This document shows, in pieces, positions 1 through 9,056 of a stretch of 14,747 bases of DNA (position 1 is the stretch's first letter; the number at the start of each line of letters is the position of its first letter). The stretch covers positions 1 through 14,747 of the forward strand of contig NW_021825683.1 of the NCBI RefSeq assembly GCF_006345805.1, read 5' to 3'. Origin of the DNA: Octopus sinensis (lineage: Eukaryota). The notes under the pieces were generated by a model. The model saw only the letters and a program-made list of their open reading frames with translations. It was not told the origin of the DNA and ran no database searches. The position numbers and the translations under genes are program-made.

Positions 1-221
1 TGGACCAACGCCCCGAAGGGTTTTAGCGGGACATATCGACCCCAATACCCTTTTACCCTTTTACCGGTTTCAGCCATGCGGCTGCGGCCATATTGGAGTC
101 CCACCGGGTACTTATTCTATCAATGCTTTTTGCCAAGCCGCTAACTTAAAGGGAGCGTAAACAAACCAACACCAAGCGTCAAGCGGTGGAGTGGGGCAAA
201 CACAAAGACACTTACACAATC

Positions 222-281
<60 letters not shown>
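1..281 (-). mobile_element. 3' parts of SINE family A (two abutting fragments, 1-46 and 47-281) including the internal (CA)n tract
   Basis: 61-225 aligns by eye with 9799-9985 (ttttac..gtttcag.ca....ctgcggccat..tgga; ggtacttattctatc; ttttgcc.a.c.g; gtcaagcg). The 8-mer tail (ACCCTTTT)x2 is at 47-62. 1-46 matches the part of the family ending in atcgacccca. Confidence 0.8.
225..281. repeat. (AC)n microsatellite
   Basis: Perfect AC run. Confidence 0.98.
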
Positions 282-285
<4 letters not shown>

Positions 286-564
286 CTATCCGATGAAATT
301 GCAATCGCTGGTTGCAATATGCTTTGTCGTCCATCTCTATGTCGTGAACACGATCAACGTTTTCCTCGATGGTGGCAGTTGCACGATGCCACCTTCAAGA
401 CTCTCCCTTCCACTCCCAAATTCACCTGCTCAATTTTGCATTGTTGATAAAACAGGAGCATCATACCCTAATGCAACAACCATGTCAGCATGAATGTCGT
501 TTTAGGGGCTAAACACTTTTTCTGCAGGTACTTCATAACACCATTTATACTAAATGTTGTCCAT
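282..564 (-). pseudogene. mariner transposase N-terminal HTH region, with frameshifts and stops
   Basis: Manual minus-strand translation from ATG at 564 across frameshifts: MDNI*Y / GVMKYLQKKCLAPK / DIHADMVVALGYDAPVLSTMQN*AGEFGSGRESLEGG / ATATIEENVDRVHDIEMDD. This matches the mariner pattern (..TVxKWxxEFxxGRESLEDDPRSGRPxTATTxENIxxV..). Confidence 0.85.
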
Positions 565-746
565 TTTCAAGAGAATTCGTTACCAGTTACTTTTGAAATC
601 CTCTTTGAAGAGCCAGATATCAGTTTGCCTGGAAAGTAGCAATGCAGTTATTAAGAAGAAGGGCCGAAGTGAATGCATGCAAGATTTCACAGCTCTAGCA
701 TCATTCCTTCATAGCCAGCCTTTGAACTTTTCAGCCCCCTCTTGTG
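282..746 (-). mobile_element. Tc1/mariner (mariner-type) transposon 5' end, decayed and truncated
   Basis: Minus strand starts TA|CACAAGAGGGGGCTGAAAAGTTC, resembling mariner TIRs, with TA at 747-748. A decayed transposase N-terminus follows. The second TIR is absent. Confidence 0.85.
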
Positions 747-768
747 TATGCATGTAAATACGTATGTA

Positions 769-805
<37 letters not shown>

Positions 806-832
806 AAAAATGTAAGTACGTATGTATGTATG

Positions 833-863
<31 letters not shown>

Positions 864-877
864 ATATATATATATAT
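745..877. repeat. compound (TG)n/(TATG)n/(TA)n microsatellite
   Basis: Seen directly. Confidence 0.95.
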
Positions 878-1070
878 GGAGAGTTTATGAAAAAACAAAA
901 GACGAAGACAGGTGGTGTACAAAAAACAAACAGATGTATTAGTATAACGCTCCGGAATAGAAAAAGTCTTTTACGTTTCGAGCCTACGCCCTTCTACGGA
1001 AAGGGACACATAAAAAAAAACAAGGAGAGAAACAAGGAGAGAAAAAAATGTGTGTAGTGGCTAACGATCT
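878..1070 (-). mobile_element. probable Penelope-like element terminal fragment
   Basis: Contains acgtttcgagcctacgcccttc (974-995 region), which resembles the gaag...cgaaacgt end motif of Penelope-like elements. Recognised from memory only; no coding remnant found. Confidence 0.4.
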
Positions 1071-1081
1071 ATCATAAATAA

Positions 1082-1156
1082 GTTCAGCAAAAATTTAGAT
1101 TCAGATGAATATGGTACTTAAGTTAAAGGCACCGGAATTTGGTATGGTATTATCCA
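1082..1156 (+). repeat. dispersed repeat copy 1 (second copy at 6750-6823)
   Basis: gttcagc[a/g]aaaatttagattcagatgaatatggtacttaagtt is 42/43 identical between the copies; similarity continues to ggtattatcca. Confidence 0.9.
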
Positions 1157-1181
1157 AATAAATCAAATGGGGTGATTATAA

Positions 1182-1320
1182 TGTTTCGTTCATTGCCCTT
1201 AAACAAACCTTATCCAGAGACCTTTTAAGCGGGATGGGCTACGCGACCTGAAGAAAATTCTAACTGGGGCTCACCTGCAAGGTCATGCACTGTTAATCTT
1301 GATATGAGGTCACCATATCG
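1182..1320 (+). mobile_element. internal fragment of the retroposon family also present at 14153-14747 (opposite strand)
   Basis: Aligns with the reverse complement of 14342-14466 (tgtttcg.tca...ccttaaa; tgaagaaaattc.aactggg; cacctgc.aggtcatgc.ctgtt.atcttgatat.aggtcaccat.tcg). Confidence 0.85.
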
Positions 1321-1516
1321 TTAATTTCACGAGCAGGCTGTTTCGCTGATCAAAATCAAACTGTAACATTAGTCGTCGTAACCGACGGAGTGCCAGTTAG
1401 AATGTGATGTGAGGGAAAAGCGGCTGCTATCTCTCACAGTTCAAGTGGCAATGTGGAGGCTCCTTCGATAATCTCGCTGTAGAATTGTCAAGCCATAACA
1501 AAGTTCGGCAGTAAAA

Positions 1517-1779
1517 CATCATCATCATCATCATCACCATCGTTAACTTCTGAACATTAGTGTCTCGAGTTCAATCTTCATGGCGTATAAATGGCCGAGA
1601 GGAGAACAATCCCCTGGGATAGGACGCCAGTCCGTCACAGGTTTACTCACAGCTGAGTGGAATGGAGCAACGTGAGAGGAAGTGTTTTGCTCAAGAACGC
1701 AACCCGTCACCCGATCCCAGAAACGAAACTGCAATCTTGCGATCATCAGTGCAACACGCTAACCAGTAGGCTGCGCACC
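1517..1779 (-). mobile_element. tRNA-derived SINE (family C) with (GAT)n tail
   Basis: Minus strand: ggtgcgcagcctactggttagcgtg (A-box-like), gtttcgtttctgg (degenerate B-box), body ttcttgagcaaaacactt...gttgctcca.tccactcagctg. The (CAT)n tail is at 1517-1541 on the plus strand. Confidence 0.7.
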
Positions 1780-1935
1780 TTAGCAGTAGAACAGCTCAAT
1801 AGAAAAATATTTCCTGATAAATTAGGATCCTATAATCATTTAAAACAGTCCCTCACCAACAGGGTTGGTTAGTGTTTATATTTTACAAGAAACAAATACT
1901 ATCGACACTACCACCACCACCACCACCACCAAAAT

Positions 1936-2135
1936 GGCAGAATCGCCAGAAGCCCGGGCAAAATGCTTCGAGGTTTTCGTCCTTCTTCACAATCTCACCT
2001 CAAATTCCGCTGAGGTCGACCATGCTTTTTATCCTTTCGGGTGTCGATAAAGTAAGTACCAGTTGAACACTGGGGTCGATGTAATTGTCTTACTCCCTCG
2101 CCCCAAATTACTGGCCTTTGTGCCAAAATTTGAAG
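1936..2135 (+). mobile_element. SINE family B copy
   Basis: ggcagaatcg...caaattccgctgaggtcgacc.tgc.tttt.atcctttcggg.gtcgataaa...gtaccag...ctggggtcgat...gtgccaaaatttgaa. Homologous to reverse copies at 7146, 10670 and 13379. Confidence 0.85.
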
Positions 2136-2459
2136 GCAATGTATTTAAGCCATTGATGATTTGATGGGAAACTTAACTGCTGTTTCTAGAAAGTTGGTTG
2201 ACCTGGTAGAAGTTCGTTGGTTAGATGACCCACATCAAATGGTGAGGATAATAACGGAGCCGATATCACAGACTTGTGTCAAGATCCGTCTATGGCGGTG
2301 GAAATGTTCAGCGCACGGCCTTCAGAAGTGTTTGTGTGTATAGATGTCATAACAGATCTGGTGTAATGGTCTGCATGGGCAGAAAGGGCGGAAGAAGAAA
2401 AGGGGAGTGGTACCTGAATGTTTGGATGCAGTTAGGGAGAAACTTATGGGGGTGGGTCT

Positions 2460-2613
2460 GAGAGAGAAAGAGGGAGAGAGAAAAGGAGAGAGATAGAGAG
2501 GGAGGCAATGGCAGAGAGACTGAGATATGGAAGGAAAAAGAAATATGCAATGACAACGGTTATACATACATATATGCATGCATATATATATATATATATA
2601 TATGCGTGCATAC

Positions 2614-2693
<80 letters not shown>

Positions 2694-2745
2694 TAGTATG
2701 TATAATCATATATATATATGTGTATATATATGTGTATATATATAG
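2460..2745. repeat. degenerate (GA)n followed by (TA)n microsatellite
   Basis: GA-rich at 2460-2525, TA-rich at ~2561-2745. Confidence 0.95.
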
Positions 2746-3054
2746 CAGCCATGTATGATATATGGGTTGAACTAGAATGAGGGAGCGTCCTTCGGTGGCA
2801 ACAATGCAACCCCAAACAAATGAGGGAAGATTCAAATAAATAAATATAATGGTGGGTGAGGAGTGAAGATGCTGAGTTTAGTGGGCTGGGGTATAATTGT
2901 AGGGTTGTTGGCGCTTTAATAATTTACGGGTACGATGGCGCCGCCACGTGAGGGAGAAGGCAGCTCGCATCGCCGTCGCCGCCAACGCAATGGCCGCCAT
3001 TAGCAACATCACCAGCATCATTGCCCCTGCATACAGCTATTGTTATAATTAGCG

Positions 3055-3069
3055 ACCTCCTCTTTCTCC

Positions 3070-3101
<32 letters not shown>

Positions 3102-3284
3102 ATCATCATCATCATCATCCTCATCCTCATCATCATTAGCAGCAGCAGTAGGATCTTCAGTAGCAAGAACATCCTCCTCCTGTTCCTCCTCTCTTTCCAT
3201 CCCCCGTTCTTCTTCACTTCTTCTACCACCACCACCAACATCACCATCATCTCCAGCATCATAACCGTCACCGCCGCCGTTGTA

Positions 3285-3320
<36 letters not shown>

Positions 3321-3325
3321 ATCAT
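3055..3325. repeat. compound trinucleotide array (CCT/CAT/CAC/GTC)
   Basis: Seen directly; it accounts for the poly-D/E, poly-L/I and poly-R/M ORFs. Confidence 0.95.
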
Positions 3326-3474
3326 CTTTCAGGATGTAAACATCGTTGTTGATATTACGCCACACGCACGCAAGTAAACTCAGACTTATACTCACACTTA
3401 CACTTACACCCTCACTCACACTCAATCACATTCAAGCACACAAAGAAAGCCACACTCATTTAACAATCTGTAAG

Positions 3475-3512
3475 CATGCATATATGTATATATAGATACA
3501 TACATCTATATT

Positions 3513-3570
<58 letters not shown>

Positions 3571-3743
3571 GTATATATAAATGCATAGATATAAGTATAT
3601 ACATATACATATATAGATACATACCATATATATATATATATATATATATACACAAAAATATATGTGTGTGTGTATATGTATGTACTTACATGTGTGTATG
3701 TGTACATATTATAATTATGTATGTACATATTTATATATTATGT

Positions 3744-3774
<31 letters not shown>

Positions 3775-3900
3775 ATATATATATATATATATAATATATA
3801 TATATATATATAAATATATATACTTTATATACGTATAAATATATCTAAATATGTAATATATATATAATACTCAACACCCCCCCATATATAAATATATATG
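3475..3900. repeat. (TA)n-rich microsatellite
   Basis: Seen directly. Confidence 0.95.
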
Positions 3901-3989
3901 CTGCTGAGCGGAAGGGAGTGATAAATAGGCGCCTATTAAAATATATAAAGACTTATACAGAAACAGGCGAATGAGCATGAGCGCCACTA

Positions 3990-4145
3990 TCAGTGACTCA
4001 TGAATAAACTTCAATTCTCCACCTACCACCACAGCCCCTTTAGCCCTTCAGGGGTCACGCGGAGGGGTGCTGCTGCCCATCCTTATTTCAGCAGGTCGAG
4101 ATAAGTGAAGTCAAATAACTTGCCCAAGGTTATCAAATAAAGCGC
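3990..4145 (-). mobile_element. old CORE-like SINE remnant
   Basis: Minus strand reads accttgggcaagttatttgacttcac...ctgaaataagg, resembling the CORE/MIR central domain (gaccttgggcaagttacttaac). Confidence 0.45.
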
Positions 4146-4404
4146 CAGTAAGCATCTATTGACTTGGCACTCAATAACAAGCGTGTCCTGAGGGCCAGAC
4201 GTGCAACAACAGGCGTGCGTTGAAGATATTGCGCGGAAGGGCACACGTATACACACCTACGCGTACGCACACACACATACATATATATACACACACATAT
4301 ATGTATAATTGTACACTTACACGCGCATACACACACGCACGCTAGTACATACACTAATGTGCTTATATACAATTATATCATAGATGCCCTCATACAGATT
4401 TAAG

Positions 4405-5036
4405 GGTTAATATAGGGCGTAACAAATATCAGAAAATCAAAAAAAAAATGTGTGTAATAGGTGTAAAACAACTTCCTATGAACGAATATGAAAAAAAAAA
4501 ATTCGCGCACGCGAAAGGGGGGTGGGGGAGAGGCCTCGGAAAATTCACATCGGGAAGTTCCGAAAGCGTCTGAGGAGCTGACTCGGGCACCAAACAAAAA
4601 AAAAATAGTGTAATATGTGTAAAACAACTTGCTCTAAACGAATATGACAAAAAAAATGCGCTCTCGCGAAAGAGGGGTGGGGGAGAGGCCTCGGAATATT
4701 TATATCGGGAATTTCCGAAAGCGTCTGAACCGGGCACAAAAACAAAAAACAAACAGCGTAATAGGTGTAAAACAACTTGCTCTAAACGACTATCATAATG
4801 AAAAAAATGCGCGCTCGCGAAAGGGGGGTGGGGGAGAGGCTTCGGAAATTTCACATCTTCAGTCCACGGCCTTTAAACTAAGAAAAAATAGTGTAATTGG
4901 TGTAAAACTACTTGTTCTAACGAGTATCAAGAACACACACTCACACATGAATCATAAACTCCGTATTTTTGTACATATTTCGCAAAAAAAAATAAAGAGA
5001 AGAAATTCTGGAAAAAGTGAAGAAATGTTGGATCTC
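4405..5036 (+). repeat. left terminal inverted repeat (632 bp) with three full and one partial internal sub-repeats
   Basis: Motif GTAAT[A/T][G/T]GTGTAAAAC[A/T]ACTT starts at 4454, 4610, 4758 and 4893. A GC-rich block cgcgaaag[g/a]ggggtgggggagaggc.tcggaa occurs three times. Confidence 0.97.
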
Positions 5037-5715
5037 CGCCATGTGAATCAAAATACGTGTCAGAAACATCTTGAAATACTACAGAAATTATGTTACGAAA
5101 ATGATAATGTATACATACCTCTTTGAGTGGTCCATCGATAATGATTAAAGAAATGAGTTGGATTTGAACTCAGAATATTGACTAACACAACTACATACTA
5201 CAAGACTCAAAATATTCAGCCAAGTCACCACCCTTTAACTAGCAATAATAATAACATCAATAACATAACAGCCAAAAGATTTATTTGTTCTGAAAATAAC
5301 AATCATAGTAAATAAACATGTTCTTTAATATTCACATTCATGTGCACAGTTAAACACACTTACATACAAACAGTCAGGCATGCATAATACAAAACGGAAC
5401 ACATAAATGAAGGATCCATTACTTAGTATATATTACATCTAGAGAATTTTGATTAATAAGTCAAATATGCAAATTATAAAGATAATTAATTGCTTTACTA
5501 AACAGTGTTGTAAAGGTGAAAAAATAAATTTGGGAAAAAAATACACGCCAAAACTAATTAATAAAGGATAATTAGGGAAGATTGACACAAAATAATAATT
5601 TTTTCTGTCTCTTTTTTTCTGATAAATGCATCTTAATAAGTGAGAATTGCATATATCTGAACTATTTCAAAGAAAAGCATAAATTTAATGTTTAAAATAG
5701 CTTTAACCAAGGAAT

Positions 5716-6333
5716 GAGATCCAACATTTCTTCACTTTTTCCAGAATTCTTCTTCTCTTTATTTTTTTTTTTTGCGAAATACGGAGTTTATGATTCATGT
5801 GTGAGTGTGTGTTCTTGATACTCGTTTAGAACAAGTAGTTTTACACCAATTACACTTTTTTTCTTAGTTTAAAGGCCGTGGACTGAAGATGTGAAATTTC
5901 CGAAGCCTCTCCCCCACCCCCCTTTCGCGAGCGCGCATTTTTTTCATGATAGTCGTTTAGAGCAAGTTGTTTTACACCTATTACGCTGTTTTTGTTTTTG
6001 TTTTGTGCCCGGTTCAGACGCTTTCGGAAATTCCCGATATAAATATTCCGAGGCCTCTCCCCCACCCCTCTTTCGCGAGAGCGCATTTTTTTTGTCATAT
6101 TCGTTTAGAGCAAGTTGTTTTACACATATTACACTATTTTTTTTTGTTTGGTGCCGGGTCAGCTCCTCAGACGCTTTCGGAACTTCCCGATGAATTTTCC
6201 GAGGACCTCTCCCCCACCCCCTTTCGCGTGCGCGAATTTTTTTTTTTCATATTCGTTCATAGGAAGTTGTTTTACACCTATTACACACATTTTTTTTTTG
6301 ATTTTCTGATATTTGTTACGCCCTATATTAACC
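5716..6333 (-). repeat. right terminal inverted repeat (618 bp)
   Basis: Base-by-base reverse-complement alignment to the left arm shows 12 difference sites, almost all indels. Confidence 0.97.
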
Positions 6334-6354
6334 GATTTAAGCACCTCTGGGTTG

Positions 6355-6423
6355 AATGTATGTAGTATGTATGTGTAATATGCATGTCTATATCTATCTA
6401 TATATAATTTGTATACATATGTA

Positions 6424-6485
<62 letters not shown>

Positions 6486-6538
6486 TATATATATATATGT
6501 ATAGAATAAAAATAAAAATATACATACATACTATACAG

Positions 6539-6577
<39 letters not shown>

Positions 6578-6740
6578 TATATAATTGTATATATATGTAC
6601 ATACATACATCCTTATTATAGTATATATATACATATATATGTATATATATATATATATATATTATAATATGCATGGATATATAATATATATATATATATA
6701 TATCTATATATATGCATGTCTGTCTATATATTTTGTATAT
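6355..6740. repeat. (TA)n/(TATG)n microsatellite
   Basis: Seen directly. Confidence 0.95.
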
Positions 6741-6749
6741 AGTAGATTA

Positions 6750-6823
6750 GTTCAGCGAAAATTTAGATTCAGATGAATATGGTACTTAAGTTGAGGCACA
6801 AGAATTTTGTAGGGTATTATCCA
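6750..6823 (+). repeat. dispersed repeat copy 2 (first copy at 1082-1156)
   Basis: Direct-orientation match to 1082-1156. Confidence 0.9.
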
Positions 6824-7145
6824 TACAATTTTAAAGTAAGGTCATTAAAATTAAAATAAGCAACAAGAATATTCAGAGGTAATGCAGTACGATCGTTTCA
6901 TGCAACTCCATTTAATTTAACAATGCAATTATTACATCAATTTAAATGCAGAGCAATCTTCAGCTGCACAAAGACACAGAATTTAATTAAATTAAAACAG
7001 ATGTACACATTAGTATAATTGTACCTAAAATCTCCAAGAAGTTAAGGATATATATATATATAACCGTAAGAAACTAAGGGAAGCATTTTTGTCTAGAGCA
7101 ATAATGATTTAGCAGTTCATCGCCTTCAGTCAGTAACACTTAATA

Positions 7146-7298
7146 TTGGTTTCAAATTTTCGCACAAGGCCAGCAAGTTCGCAAAATGATGAAAAACAGA
7201 GCCGACCTCAACGGAATTTGAACTCTGAACATAAAGACAAAGGAGATGTCGCTAAGCGTTTTGTCCACCGTGCTAACGATTCTACCAGTTCGCCACCT
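7146..7298 (-). mobile_element. SINE family B copy with internal deletion
   Basis: ggtttcaaatttt.gcacaaggcc...gccgacctcaacggaatttgaactc...gtgctaacgattctaccag.tcgcc. It lacks the gtcgataaa..gtaccag segment present in the other copies. Confidence 0.8.
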
Positions 7299-7439
7299 TA
7301 TATATTCTTTACTGTTTTATTTATTTTTTGTGGCAATGTATTAGTCTTATGTAGTTACTACCAGACCGGTTTCTACTTTTACTTATACTCCTTAGAGTTT
7401 ACATCTTCTCTATCGCATTGCGTGAGAAATTGGCCATGG

Positions 7440-7835
7440 AGTGGTTTCTCTGATTATCCTTATTAGCTTCTCTTTGTTTCCAGGTATTTTATTCCACTAT
7501 TGTTATTTTGTAATAGTTTACATTTTCGATCAGACCCTAGTCCCCATCTGTATGGGACAGATACACACTGTGTTTATATCAGCTAAGGGACGCAATCAGC
7601 AGTTTCCAGGTCTTTCTGTCTAAGCTCTTCAATTCGCTGATCTTCCAGTCCATTATTTCAAAAGCTGTAATTCATAACAGCTATGGCCACCATATTGATG
7701 CCAATTATTTCATTTCTAGCATCGAGTTCTTTTTACTTCTTTTGAAATATTAGAACGATTCTTTTGTGAAATTCTTCTCTAATTTTCTCCTTCATTTCTG
7801 TTTTATATTTTTATCACTTTCGTCTAATCCTGATT
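7440..7835 (-). pseudogene. decayed non-LTR retrotransposon (R4/Dong-like, RLE clade) RT C-terminal/thumb fragment
   Basis: Manual minus-strand translation: TEMKEKIREEFHKRIVLIFQKK*KELDARNEIIGINMVAIAVMNYSF / EIMDWKISELKSLDRKTWKLLI...SVYLSHTDGD*GLIENVNYYKITIVE. This follows the R4-clade pattern (ELNAxNKIxAIN...YSF..IxW...LDRKTRKLL...RLYLPRxEGGRGL). Confidence 0.8.
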
Positions 7836-7857
7836 TCTATTGGTGCTTCTTGTATAA

Positions 7858-8310
<453 letters not shown>

Positions 8311-8615
8311 ACCCATTACCCCTTTATTAAGGTTTATAATTTAATTTCCGTAATTATCTGCCCTCACCGCCACACCCACATCCACCACCACCACCACCAC
8401 CCTACAAACAACTCTTCCTCCTCCTTCTCCTCCACCCCACCCCCTTCTGGCTGGCTGATTGTTGTTCATTTACGTTTTACATGATACGAGGGGCGTGGTT
8501 AAACGATGACGGGTGAGGGAATGATGGGAGTGAGGCTGGTGGTGGTGGTGCGGAAGGGGGTAGTAAGGGGGGGTAGGAATAAAAAAAAGGGGGTTAGAAG
8601 ACGGCCTGGTGGTGT

Positions 8616-8910
8616 GGTAGATTTAGGGCTAGGGGTAGAGAGAGGTGTTGGGTATTGACTGGTGGCAGAGTTGGAAGGATGATGATGTTGGTGGAGGGGG
8701 AAAATTGGGCTGGGTAGGAGAAGGGGGTCACTGGTTGTACGGTAGATTTAGTGGTGATGGTCATGGCAGGGTGTAGAACTGAATGTTGCTGCTAGGGTGA
8801 ATGGTGATAGAGTTGGAAGGAAAGAAGTGTTGGTTGCGGGGACAAACGGTGGGGGTGGGACTGGGAGTTTGGGACTGGTTGTATGGTAGATTTGATAGTG
8901 GTGGTCACGG
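8616..8910 (+). repeat. degenerate G-rich tandem repeat, period ~125-144 bp
   Basis: ggtagattt at 8616, 8741 and 8885; actggttgta[c/t]ggtagattt at 8730 and 8874; agagttggaagga at 8667 and 8809. Confidence 0.65.
8851..8873 (+). other. canonical G-quadruplex motif
   Basis: GGGGG-T-GGG-ACT-GGG-AGTTT-GGG fits G3+N1-7 x4. Confidence 0.6.
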
Positions 8911-9056
8911 TGAGTCAAGTAGTGTGAGGGGAGGTATTGCAAAGGATTTGGTGGTGGTGTGTGTGCATGGGGGTGGTGGTTATGATGTTGTTATTATTGG
9001 CGAAGCAGGCTTTGGTGTTGTTGTTGCTGTTGTTAGTGATGGTGGTGGTGTTTATT

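Larger units (their letters stand above)
4405..6333. mobile_element. non-autonomous foldback-type DNA transposon, 1,929 bp, long TIRs, 8-bp TSD (superfamily uncertain: Merlin- or MULE/Foldback-like)
   Basis: Left TIR 4405-5036 is the reverse complement of right TIR 5716-6333. Termini are GGTTAATATAGGGCG...CGCCCTATATTAACC. Identical GATTTAAG flanks at 4397-4404 and 6334-6341. No transposase in the core. Confidence 0.95.

Noticed and set aside
3018-3425. 135-aa acidic (D/E-rich) ORF resembling nucleolin or prothymosin-type proteins
   Set aside because: It is entirely explained by trinucleotide arrays. Overlapping frames give equally long homopolymer ORFs, and there is no domain or splice support.
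4400-4403. TTAA target duplication (piggyBac/Kolobok-type) for the foldback element
   Set aside because: TTAA lies inside the longer perfect 8-bp duplication, and the TIR symmetry ends exactly at 4405 and 6333, not at the TTAA.
4454-4925. CRISPR-like appearance of a ~32-bp box repeated four times with intervening sequence
   Set aside because: The intervening segments are 100-125 bp and homologous to each other rather than unique spacers. The array is mirrored in an inverted arm, there are no cas genes, and the context is eukaryotic.
4644-5126. 160-aa ORF and its mirror ORFs (4400-4854, 5850-6428) as a transposase or gene
   Set aside because: They are read-throughs of the TIR sub-repeats, duplicated on the opposite strand by the inversion. 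They show no DDE, zinc-finger or HTH motif.
8370-8600. Complementarity between the CCA/CCT-rich and GGT/GGA-rich tracts
   Set aside because: The pairing is low-complexity, with no unique-sequence inverted repeat and no TSD.
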